This document shows positions 12,801 through 24,800 of a stretch of DNA of 64,000 nt, piece by piece; the first letter of the stretch is position 1; each line of letters opens with the position of its first letter. The translations under genes were made by a program, and so were the position numbers. The DNA is from Eledone cirrhosa (taxonomy: Eukaryota), in contig OZ024740.1 in NCBI GenBank assembly GCA_964016885.1, positions 322,586,001-322,650,000 on the forward strand, in the 5' to 3' direction. Under the pieces are notes generated by a model. That model was not told the origin of the DNA and did not search any database. It saw only the letters and a program-made list of their open reading frames with translations.

Positions 12801-15800
12801 CCCCCCCCCTGACTTGAGACAGACTTTAGACTTTATCCAAGATAAAATGTACTCAGTACACCCTGTAAAATGCAAGAGCCAGTGCTACAATCCAGTATAC
12901 TCTTAATGTATTAGTGTTGGTGTTATAACAAAATGCACATGGTACACTCTGAAAGGTGGTTGGCCTGTCTAGTCTCAGTCTGTTACAACCCATTCAAACC
13001 ATGCCAGCATGGAAAACATATGTACGATGATGTTACCTTTGTTTAGAGGATGAAAGAAAACAAATATTCTTACCTGTTCTTTATTACATCGTTTGAGAAT
13101 TATCTCGACAGCTGTTGTAGGGTCATCGACTTGAGAAACCTATCAAATAATCAAAGTTCTCATTAATCAGGTAATCATCATTCTAGTAACTCTTAAAATC
13201 CTTTACCACATGAAACTATATTAGCAAGACATTCTATGATTGCATTGCATTAAAAACTAAATTCTTTACTCTAATACTGCAAATTTTCAAAATGATCTGT
13301 CCACTAGTAAAGATACTATACATATTTGAATTAACAACCCACATGAAACTATATTATCAAAATATTCTTGAAAAGTACTAAACATCACAATAAAAAAAAT
13401 TATCTTTACACTAATACTGCAAATTTCCACAACATTTTGTCCACTAATAAAGATACTATAAACATTTGAACTAATAAACTCAATAGTATTTTGCCTAAGC
13501 ATGCCACCTATAGAGTATGTTCTGATCTAAAGACTTGAATTAGCTGCTATTTTATAGGCAGCCCTATTGTGAAGTGTTGAAATTAAGCCTTCTAAAGTCC
13601 CCAAACCTCATCAACAGAAACTTCTCTTGATTTCTTTTAAAAAAATGATGTCATGTTCTATTAGTCCTGTCATTCTATTGACAATAACTGCTTTTAAATG
13701 ACTCCAATAGAGTCCAAATTAGTTTATATATCTATACTCCATCCAAACACATTCTGATAATCTGATATAATCTAAGAATTATATTTCTAGAACATATTTA
13801 CCCTCCAATATTCACAAATATTGTATAGACTCAAATTTAAGCCCCCCCCCCCCACATTTTATGCTTATAAACCGAGGCAGCTAATCAGCACATTGTTTAG
13901 ATGGCGTATCTAAGCCAACCTTCCTTTCTACAATTGATTTTTTGGTCACATATTCCTTGGCTTATATTTGAGTATATACAGTAATTCATGACTAAAAGTA
14001 GAACATATTACATCATATTGTCTCTCCTGGAAAAGCTACACACACACACACATATATATATTATATATAGGTTTGACTGTGCAGGCAGGAAAAACAAAAC
14101 TCAGCATAAGGGTAGAGTGAGGAAAGTGTATCAACCTTTTTGTGACTATTTCTAATTAAATACACTGTATTTCAATTAATTAATGAAGAATTTAGAGGGA
14201 TATACTAAAATTATTATTTCTTTACTAAGATAGTAATAAACAGATGGTTCTTTTATAAAATTAAATAGGAACCTTTTACAATAGGTGGATTTGTTTAAAA
14301 AAAAAAACAAAAAAAAATACAGAGCTGGTTTTGGCCAGGTTTTTATCAAGTGTTAAATATAAAACTCCTGATTTTCGAGTCAGTGATATAGCTTCACAGT
14401 AAATTATATATAAATAGATAGATGTGTGTGTGTGTGTGAATAACAAGCAAATGTGCTGTCATCAACAAAACAAATTCAAAATGAAAATAATAAATGAAAA
14501 ATGATATTAAAAAAAGCTAGACAAACCTTGACACAATTTTTCAGGATCAAAGAAGTCCCTGATGGATTATCAGACATTACCACACCAGGACTATCCAATA
14601 GTTTGATATTCTTTGTTAAACTTATCATTTGCATAGATCTGTTGAGTAAAGACAAATAATTTAATCACTGAACATTTTCACTTCTGTTAGGGAAGGAACT
14701 GGAGGTTGTATATATATTATGTAAAAACATATATACACACTACTGGGTATCCATCCTTTTCTAAGTATAACCATAACATACATATGCTATTAGGTATCTA
14801 AGTCTAAATATTTCTGTTTTGATTGTTATTCTTACTGAATAACAATTTCAAGAACTGCATTTAAAACATAATATACACACACTATTGAATATCTATTCTT
14901 TTCTTAGTATATTCATTTTACTCTTTTGATAGTTATTCTCACTATATAACAATCTAGGAGGAGAGGAATTGTAGTACAGTGTTTGTGGGGAAATGTTATT
15001 TAAATAAAAGGGGTCCTTGAGAGAGAAAAGCTGGATTAGACATTGGAAAGACCTAAAATTTTAAAGTCCCACATCCATTCTACAATATATGTTAACAAAA
15101 ACAAAATGAATTTTCAAAATAAATTCCTTACTTGGTAACTCCAGGAATATCACCAACTCTGCAGGCTCGAGAACGTTTAAGGCTGTTAATAATGCTGCTT
15201 TTACCAGTGTTAGGAAGACCTGGAGTAGAATGAAAACAGAAAAGGACCTGTGAAACAGATTCTACATCATAAAACAACAATATAGACATAGAAAAAAAGA
15301 ACAATCTCATTTATTGAAAATACACTTAGAAATATAACAAACAGTGAAATTCTATCAGTTAATCCAGTGTCATAACATGTTAACAGCTGTTTTCCAATAG
15401 TTGTACAGGCAGGATAAGTCTTCTCCAGCACAACCACCCCTGCATTGAGGTTAGCAACAAATTTAGCACCATATATTGAAATATGCCATCCAGGAACAAA
15501 CACTGGCTACTCTTTGGAAAGACATAGCATCTGGTAGCTACCCTGTTTAGAGCCTCAGTGTAGTTATAAGAAGTATGGTGGATGTATAGTCTTGGTGAAA
15601 GAAGCATCCTTTGACCAATAACAACATAGACATAATGTTGGGCAGAATAACGTCTCTGATGTCAATGGTTGGGAGTGCCAAGTTTTTTAAGTGTATTATT
15701 GCTTTAGACCTGGAGATAGGAACCTCTCTGAGGTTAATGGCCATTAACACAGTTCCTCAAAATGTATTACTGCTAACATTTATATCTGGTGACCACAGAT

Positions 15801-18800
15801 ATTATTAAGTTACCAAATTATTCTAAATAATTAAATGACTCACAAATAACACCCATTCTGATGGCTATATGGTTACCACTGGGATAGAAAGATAGTCATC
15901 ACAACATTAAGAATTACTTACCAACAACACCAACTCTGATGGCTATCTTCAGACCTTCACTACGGCAATAGTTGGAAAGTAGTTTCATTAAAATATCAGC
16001 TCCAAGACAGTTGCTAGTCTTCTTTTCCAGTCCTTTCCACATTGAATATTTGTTTGCATGACCCTATATATAGACAGGAAAGAAAGATATATTATATATA
16101 CAGAAAAGAAAGATATTTTATATATGTAGAAATGAAAGTTATATTTTATATACACAGGAAACTTATAAAAATAATGATGATGATGATAATTAGATAAATC
16201 AATTTGGTTACAAATTGTTGTCAACATTGAAAGATGGGATTGATATGGTCCTGTAACTCCTGATTGAGTCATAGGGGCCCTGTATTGGCATACAGTGTAT
16301 CTTGGGCATTTAAAGTTTAGCAGAGCCAAACCCTCTCAACTCCAGTACTAGACTGGTACTTTTTTTTATTGACCTTGAAAGGATGAAAGGCAAAGCTGAC
16401 CTCAAGCAAGATTTGAACTTGAGAGCCAGACCGAATATCACAAAGCACTCTATCTGACTCTGCTAATTCGCCACCTAATGAAGGGATTAAACTTACCAAT
16501 TTTGACTTTTGTTTCTGAACAGAAGATTTAAATGGAACGGTAGGGAATTCATTCTTTAGATATTTCAACCAAGCTTCAACATTTACACGTGGAACAAGAT
16601 CTACAAATAAAGACATTACATTAATTACTGTTTAACATGTTTGCCTGTGTGTGTCTTCATATTTAAATTAAACCCTTCATTGTAATTTTATGCAAGATCC
16701 TTTAGCTAAGTTATGTGCCAAACACCAGCTTAATGAAAATGTTATTTTACTTAACCCTTAAGCATTCGCATTAATTTTCAAATGTCATGCTTATCTGTTC
16801 GCATTATTTTGAGTTAATCATACTCAAGAGGGTTATCAATTTTATTTGTTTGTAATTTTCTTAATTTTCTAAGTGCAAGCTTGAAATTTTGTCAGTAGAT
16901 ATTTAAATATCAATAATTTACAATTATATAATTTTACCTGATTTTTTTGGTCAAATTTGACTTTTATGGGCAGGTGAAATTAATTAATAGGGGCATTTGA
17001 AGTATCAATCAGGTGCAAATACTGGTTTAATTTTAAATACGTTGTTTTCGGCATAATACTTGATATATAAGCATCACTAAACCTTATATCAGTGCTCCAG
17101 TAATTCCACAGACTTGGAAATTGTTTTATACCGAACATAATATTTACGGTACAAAATGCTTGCATTTCCGCAGCATCTGTCGGTCGCCAAACAGATCGGG
17201 TTTTCCTTAATTTGAAATCTGTTGTTGGGCATATCGATTAATCTCTTCTGCCACAACTTCGAAGAAAGTTTGTGGTAAAAACAAAAAGAAATAATCCAGT
17301 GTTTTAGCATCAGTAACAAATGTGTGTTGTGAACCAGTATTTTGAATAAAATCGGGAACATATATTGGTGTGGTATTTTTCAACCATGTTGCTGTAATAT
17401 TTTCAATGGCGTCCTGGAGATCTCTTTCATTTTCATTTTGAAAACAACAATCATCATCATCATCATCATCATTTCATTTTACGTCCACTTTTCCCTGCTT
17501 GCAAGGGTGGGACGGGAACTGATTCTGGCTTGATTTCTACAGCTGGATGCCCTTCCTAACACCAACCTCATTTACAGTGAGTGCTGGGTGCTTTTTTGCC
17601 GTGGCACCTCCACGACCACTTTGCAGTGGAATGATAGGGACCCGAGTCCCTATCATCTCATTTCTACAGCTGAGTAAACTGGAGCAATGTGAAATAAAGT
17701 GTCTTGCTCAAGGAAACAACACATCACCTGGTCTGAGAATTGAACTCACAACCTTTCGATTGCAAGGCCAATGCTCTAACCACTAAGCCATGTGCCTCCA
17801 TATCGTCGGATGAAATTTCAGAAATGTAAACATCTGATTCATTTGAAGATAGATCATTAATATAATCTTTTGTTTCTTGTTCATTCTGAATGTCGTCGTG
17901 TGTAAAACCTTCAAAGTCGGTATCGCTACTTTCACAAGCCATGTTGATACACAAAAAATCTGTTCTACTTTCAACGTTAAAAAAACACATGTTGTTTTAA
18001 GTTGTTTCACTATATTAAGTGTTAATTTTCGTGGTAAGGGCCTAATCTCGCAGTAATCTCGAATTGAAGAAATTTCAATGATGGTTTGTTTATTTTTAGA
18101 ACAATATTTTAGTGTGGGTGTTATCGGCCGGTTTGAACAAATGAAGGGGAAATAAGTCTGGCCGGTTTGAACACTAAAGGGTTAATAAGCTTCACATATT
18201 TTTTTATTATTTCCAAAAATTCCGTAACCCTTTTTAAACCAATACATCAAAGTCAGTCCCTATTTCTAATACAAAACCCTTCCCATTTAAAATGTTCATA
18301 TCTAAATTTAAACTGTCCATCATAATTCTATGTAAGAATAACGGTACAATAATTTTACTAAACCTCTCCAAGTAGAGATGAAGTCCCATGGTTTGTTTGA
18401 AGACTTAGTAAGCAAGATGTAGGCTTCTAGGCCTGTCTGAGAGGTCACTAGCTCTGGTTGAATACTGACCTGGCCTGTGATGATTCATCCACCCCTTGCT
18501 AGCAAAGGAAAACATATGTTAAACGATAATGATGATGAACACATTAAACAGATGATCTTTCATAATAGAACCGGGTGTTGTTTCATGTAGGATGGTATCA
18601 AAAAGGTTAAAGCAGCATAACTTACCAATTTTGTTAAGAACTAAAACAATCTTCTTGTTAAGACCAGAGCTGATGATGGTGTCTTCAACTTCTTTACAGC
18701 GTGTACCTAGGGGGTCTCGGGCATCTAATACTTCCAGAATCACATCGGATTGGTCAATTACCTTCATTACAAGAAATTGAATATATGATTAAACCTCCTG

Positions 18801-21800
18801 AGAAAACATTTCATAGTGGATTTTGAAAAAAATAATATTAGACATCTGGCATAGCTGTGTGGTTAAGGAGTTTGCCTTGCAACCACATGGTTTCAGGTAA
18901 AGCCCACTATATGGCACTTTGTACAAATGTCTTCTATTAAAGACTTGGGTTGACTTGTGTGAGAAATTTGGTTAAAGGAAACTGTGCAGAAAACCATTGT
19001 GTGTATACATGTTTACTTGGCCTCTTCAGTGTTTTGATGATAGGGGGCCCAGTCCTATCACAGAAAGCAACTTGCTTAAGAGTAAAATGTACCACCATAA
19101 CCACTTGACCATATCTGTCAATGTCCTGTAACTTAGCAGATCTACAGAAAAGATCAATAAGTACTTGACTTGAAAAAATAAGTAACAGGGGTTGACATGA
19201 TTGACTAAATCCATTCAAGGTGGTGCCTTAGCATGTCTACAGTATGAAGACTGAAATAAATGAAATAATGGTTTCTGATTTAGGCACAGGTAATTTTGGA
19301 AGGTGGGAAAAGTCAATTAAATCGACCCCAGTGCATTACTGGTGCTTTATTTTATCGACTCCGTAAGGATGAAAGGCTAAGCTCACCTCGGCGGGATCTG
19401 AAGTCAGAACATAAAGGGTTGCAAGTCTATGCTGCATAGCATGTTGTCCGGTGCTCTACCGACAAATCAGTGAAAGAATAAAAAGAGCGAATGAATCATT
19501 TGTGGATATGTGAAAGACTTACCTTCTTGAATTCTTTGTAGTAACATTTTAAAGAATTCTCAATGGATCTCTTTGGTTCTTTATATTCCTGAGTTTCTAA
19601 CTTTTTGTAGACTTCAGATAAACCTGATGGCTAGAAACCACAATAGAGAAACATGTAGTGATAAATAATTCAGAAACAACTGATTATCTTCGGTCAATGG
19701 AGAAGAATGTCATAAGAAATTTAAAGCAGACATAATACAAAGGCAGAGGTCTAAGACGAGACAGACCTAATACAAAGACAGAGGTCTAAGACTAGAGATA
19801 TAACACAAAGACAGAGGTCTAAGACTAGACAGACATAATACAAAGACAGAGGTCTAAGACTAGACATATACAATACAACTAAGTTCAGATAATCAGATAC
19901 ATATAATAAGACTGAGGTTTAAGACTAGATATATAAATACATGAACATTTCACTTACCCTATAGACTGTCTCTGTTACTTTCTTGTTACCTTTGATTGTG
20001 GAGCTCATTTCTGGAAGTTTCCGCCCTTTATTCATCAAAGCGTCTCGTTCCATCTGTCGTTTCCCTTCTTTTTCAACTCGTATCTGAGAGATAGTTACAT
20101 GAAATGGTCATCAAGACTTGCCACCATCAAAATAATAATGTTTTCTCCTCAAACCACTAGAAGATGCCGCTGTATCATCATCATTTCATTTTACGTCCAC
20201 ATTTCCCTGCTTGCAAGGGTGGGACGGGAACTGATTCTGGCTTGATTTCTACAGCTGGATGCCCTTCCTAACACCAACCTCATTTACAGTGAGTGCTGGG
20301 TGCTTTTTTGCCGTGGCAGCTCCACGACCACTTTGCAGTGGAATGATAAGGACCCCAGTCCCTATCATCTCATTTCTACAGCTGAGTAAACTGGAGCAAT
20401 GTGAAATAAAGTGTCTTGCTCAAGGAAACAACACATCACCCGGTCTGAGAATTGAACTCACAACCTTTCGATTGCAAGGTCAATGCTCTAACCACTAAGC
20501 CATGTGCCTCCATTGTATCAAATCAATAATTATGTTCTCCCCTCAAACCATCACCAGATGACACTACCATCACAACAATAATTATGTTCTCCCCTCAAAC
20601 CACTAGAGGACACCACTATCACAACAATGTTCTCCCTTCAAATCAACAAGTGGCACCCTCATCACATTTACAATGAAATAATAATTATCAGTTCCGTAGA
20701 TTACAGGAAAAGAAAAATGATGAAACATACCTGTTCTCTCCATTCCACAGCTTGTCTCAGAACAGTCTCTTTGAATGGTAAACTGTTAGGAATTCCAAAG
20801 TCTTTCTTTTTCCCTGTGATAACAGGGAAAAAAAAGACGTGTTAGGCTAGTGGGCATGAGTGATGAAGCAGAGATGAATTGAGAGAAAAACGGTTTAAAA
20901 CATACCAGATGTTGTGTGCAAGAAAGAAGATTGTGCTATATATATATAGACACCTACATAAGTACATAAGCGAGACGCAGATCCTTGGCTAATCTGGGCA
21001 ATCAGTAGTCTCACTTCAGTACTGACTTGGTCTATGTAGACCTGTTCAACCTTTGCTATCAGGGAAAGCGGATGTTAAAACGGCGATGATGATGATATTT
21101 ATATTTATATATATACACACATGGAAGTGTAATGTTAGTATACATGAATGATGAAGCAGAGATAAGTTGAGAGAGAAAAACTGTGTATAAGAGGAATCAA
21201 ATGTTGTGTATACGTGAGGTTGTTCTACATATGTATATACAATAGACACAAACATACATCTGTAATGTTAGTAGACATGAATGATGAAGCACAGGTAAGT
21301 AGAGAGTAAAATTGAGATAAGCGGAATCAAATGTTGCATGTAGAAGACAAGAATGCAGGTATGGACATGTGATGTGTATGGATGATGATTGTTAGGTAAA
21401 GAAGTATCAGGAGTTTCAAATGGAAGGAAGATATGGTAGAGATAGGTCAAGGAAACATGGACAGAAGTAGTATTAACTGATCTTAGGATGCTGAACCTTA
21501 CAAGGGAGAAGACAAGAGGAAAGAGACAAGTGACATGATGTTGTTTTGGATAGGACACATCTAATACATACATGCATGGAAAAAAATGGACATAAAAATG
21601 ATGTTCACATAATTTCCCAGTTAAGCCCAACTAAAATGCCTTTATTTAGAACGACCTATGTAAAGAATATAAAAAGTTGAAATAAATCCTGATAATATAA
21701 CAATTCCACTAATCCACCACCCATGGATTGGTATTTTATTTTAACAACCATAAAAGGATGAAAGGTAAAGTTGATATATGCAGGATTTGAAATTAGCAAC

Positions 21801-24800
21801 CAGAGTGCAAAGAAATAGACCAAGGCATCCAGTCCTACACTCTAACAACACTACCACAAAACAAATGAGTTCCCACTTAGGGTTTGGCTGGCCTTGTAGA
21901 AGGTTTCTTGGGTTTTTTAATGATTGGGGCCCTACTTTTATCAAGTTGTTGTTACAGCTCACACCTTGGTATGTTTAGCTGGCCTCCTACAAGGTTGCAT
22001 TTCATGGGAGGTTTCTTGGTTGTTATAATGATACCAGCTGCAGTCCTATCATGCTATAATTGTTACATCTCACAGTTATGTAGATTTAGCTGGCCTCCGG
22101 TTACATCTGTGTGTGTGGTGTTGGTGGTGGTTGGGGGTGGGTTAATGATAGGGCTCGTAGCCCCATGTCCCCTTCCTCTTTTCACAGGGTTGAGAAGGTC
22201 CTTTAATCAACCTCTCTAGTGCTGATGCCACAAAAAATGCATCCTGTAATACACCCTGTAAGGTGGTTGGTAATAGGAGGGGCATCCAATTGTAAAAAAC
22301 AAGTCAAAAAGGATTAGAGAGGACTCTTTAGTTGTGCCAAAGACACGGCAACCTCCCTAGGATGGTGTAATGATCAAATGCACCTGGTTTACTTAGTAGA
22401 GTGCAAAGATGCAGGCTCTCGACCCATCTGAGAGGTTAGTAGCTCTGATAAATACTGACTTGGTCTGTACTGATGGGCTCAACCTTTGCTAGCAAGTAAA
22501 ACAGACATTAAATGGTGTTGATGGTAATAACATTGTTACAGCTCACACCAATGTAAGTTTGGCTGGTCTCCTATGAGGTTGCATCTACAGGAGGTTTTTC
22601 ACATATTTTAATGTCTCATGAAATGAAGTGTCATGCTCAAGAACACAACATGGCACCTGACACAGAAACTAAACCCATGACCTCCTGATCATGAGTCTGT
22701 CCAACAGCCTAGTCAATAGGCCACATGCCTTCACAACTCAACCAATTCACTAACTATAAAGATCATATAAAATTCAACTTACTCTTGTTCTTTAATGGAT
22801 TCTTTTTAGCATCTCTCTTCGCCTTTTTCTTGTGTTCTTTCACCTTGAAGACACAAACAAAATAATTAGGCATTTATACAGAGGGAAATAATGATTTCTA
22901 ATTTAGGCAAAACACCAGCAAATTTGGGAGAAGGGCAAGGTTGATTAAATTAATCCCAGTCTTTGACAGATAAGGTATTTGAACTCACAATGTCCTATGA
23001 ACAAACACTGCAATGGCATTTTATCCACCGGTCTACCAATCCACCACCCTCCTGTCAGAAGCAACTTTCCTCAAGTGAGACCAGCTGAGCTCATGGATGT
23101 TATCAAACCATCTCGCTTGGGGACTACCCCCTGCTTCTCCTGATGGTTGGTTTTGCTCGTAAATCATTTTTGAAAATAAATTTAGATGGATTTAGTATAT
23201 AACTAACTCATTATTTATCCAGTGTTTGAAACATAACCTAAAGTTCTCACATAAAATTATGATGGAAGGTTTTTAGATAAATATTAACAGCTTTGTATCA
23301 AAGAACCAGGGGTGGTTTTGGTATCAAGAGAATTAACAGAGATACACCCACTGAAATGACTACTAATTTTAGAACTAGGAAGAATCATGTCTTTCTACAT
23401 ACTCAACATAGCCAACAAATAAATCTCTTTCTAATTGCCTGACTGGTTAGAAACAGCAACTAAATCAGATGCTATTGTCTTATAATATATTTGATAATGT
23501 ACTCCAGAGTAGACTATCATTGAATAAATAATGCACTCGATACACTGTAAAAGAGTTGGTATACAAACAGTAGCTACAGAGTACAGAGGATTCTTCTGTT
23601 ACAAAGATAACCTCTCTAAAGATGGTGCTATAAAATGCACCCAGTACACACTGTAAAGTGTCTGGTATCATGAAGGGCATCCAGGTGTAGAAACCATGCC
23701 AAAAGAGGAAAGAAGTCTCTTCTGTTACGCCAAGGACCAGACAACTATAGTGCTGGTACCACGATAAAATGAACGAATTACACACTGTAAAATGGTTAGT
23801 GTTAAAAAAAGCACTCAAACGTAGAAACCATGACAAAAATGAACGTATGCGACCAGGACATGTCTCCTCGACATTTCTAGAGTAATGGCTCTTGGTCTGT
23901 AATGACCCGTCCAACAGGAAATCGGTGTAAAATAGATGATGATGGGAAGGTCACGGCTTAAAGTCCTTTGATCATAGATCTGTTCCATCAAGGTGGACTT
24001 GGGACTATAAACATTATCATTTGGCAGTATCGGTAGAGTGTCGGACGTCATGCTTTGCAGCATGAAGTAACGGCCCTTCGCGGTCTGAGTTCAAATCCCG
24101 CTGAAGTTAACTTTGCTTTTCATCCTTATGGGGTCGATAAAACAAAGCACCAGTAATGAACTGGGACAATTGCTGGCCTTGTGCCAAAAGTAGAAACAAT
24201 TATCATTAGTATGTAAACAAAAGATGATGTTTGTTAGACCGAGGTAGACCTGGGGCTAAACAAAAACAGCCAGCAACCTCATAGCTTAGTACATTATTCA
24301 CACAACCTTTTCCTAAGTCGAAGAACAATATAATACCAAATAAATAAGTTTCATGAAGAGGCGTGATTGCATGCTGAGTTGTCCTTTAGCCTTAGGTCAA
24401 CTGTGATCCAGCAGATCTATTATCAAAAGTATACCAGACGTGACCATCATGTTTGTATGATTATCATGAACTGTTTAATCTATTTTTCATAATCTATGAT
24501 AGTGGGCTGTGATTTGAGGAAGATTTGGTCGCTCTTTCAAGCAAGTCACGTAGCGGCTTCCTTATTAGCTTATTCTTGATGTTGTTTAGGCCCAGGTCAA
24601 CCATAATTGAGCAGACCAATGATTAAAGGTATTCCAACCATGACCATCCCATCTTTTTATAAAAGTATTTAGGACTACATTATCTCACAAATCCTCCCCG
24701 GTAAAAACAACAACAACAAACGAAAAAGTAGAGTATGATTTGAGTGAGTTAGCTGCTGTTTTTAACATGTCAAGTTCCCCATTGTCTCGTGATAAAGTAC

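Noticed and set aside
17730-17800. tRNA-like A/B boxes as genuine tRNA genes (here and in other SINE heads)
   Set aside because: No complete cloverleaf, and they continue into SINE core and tail sequence.
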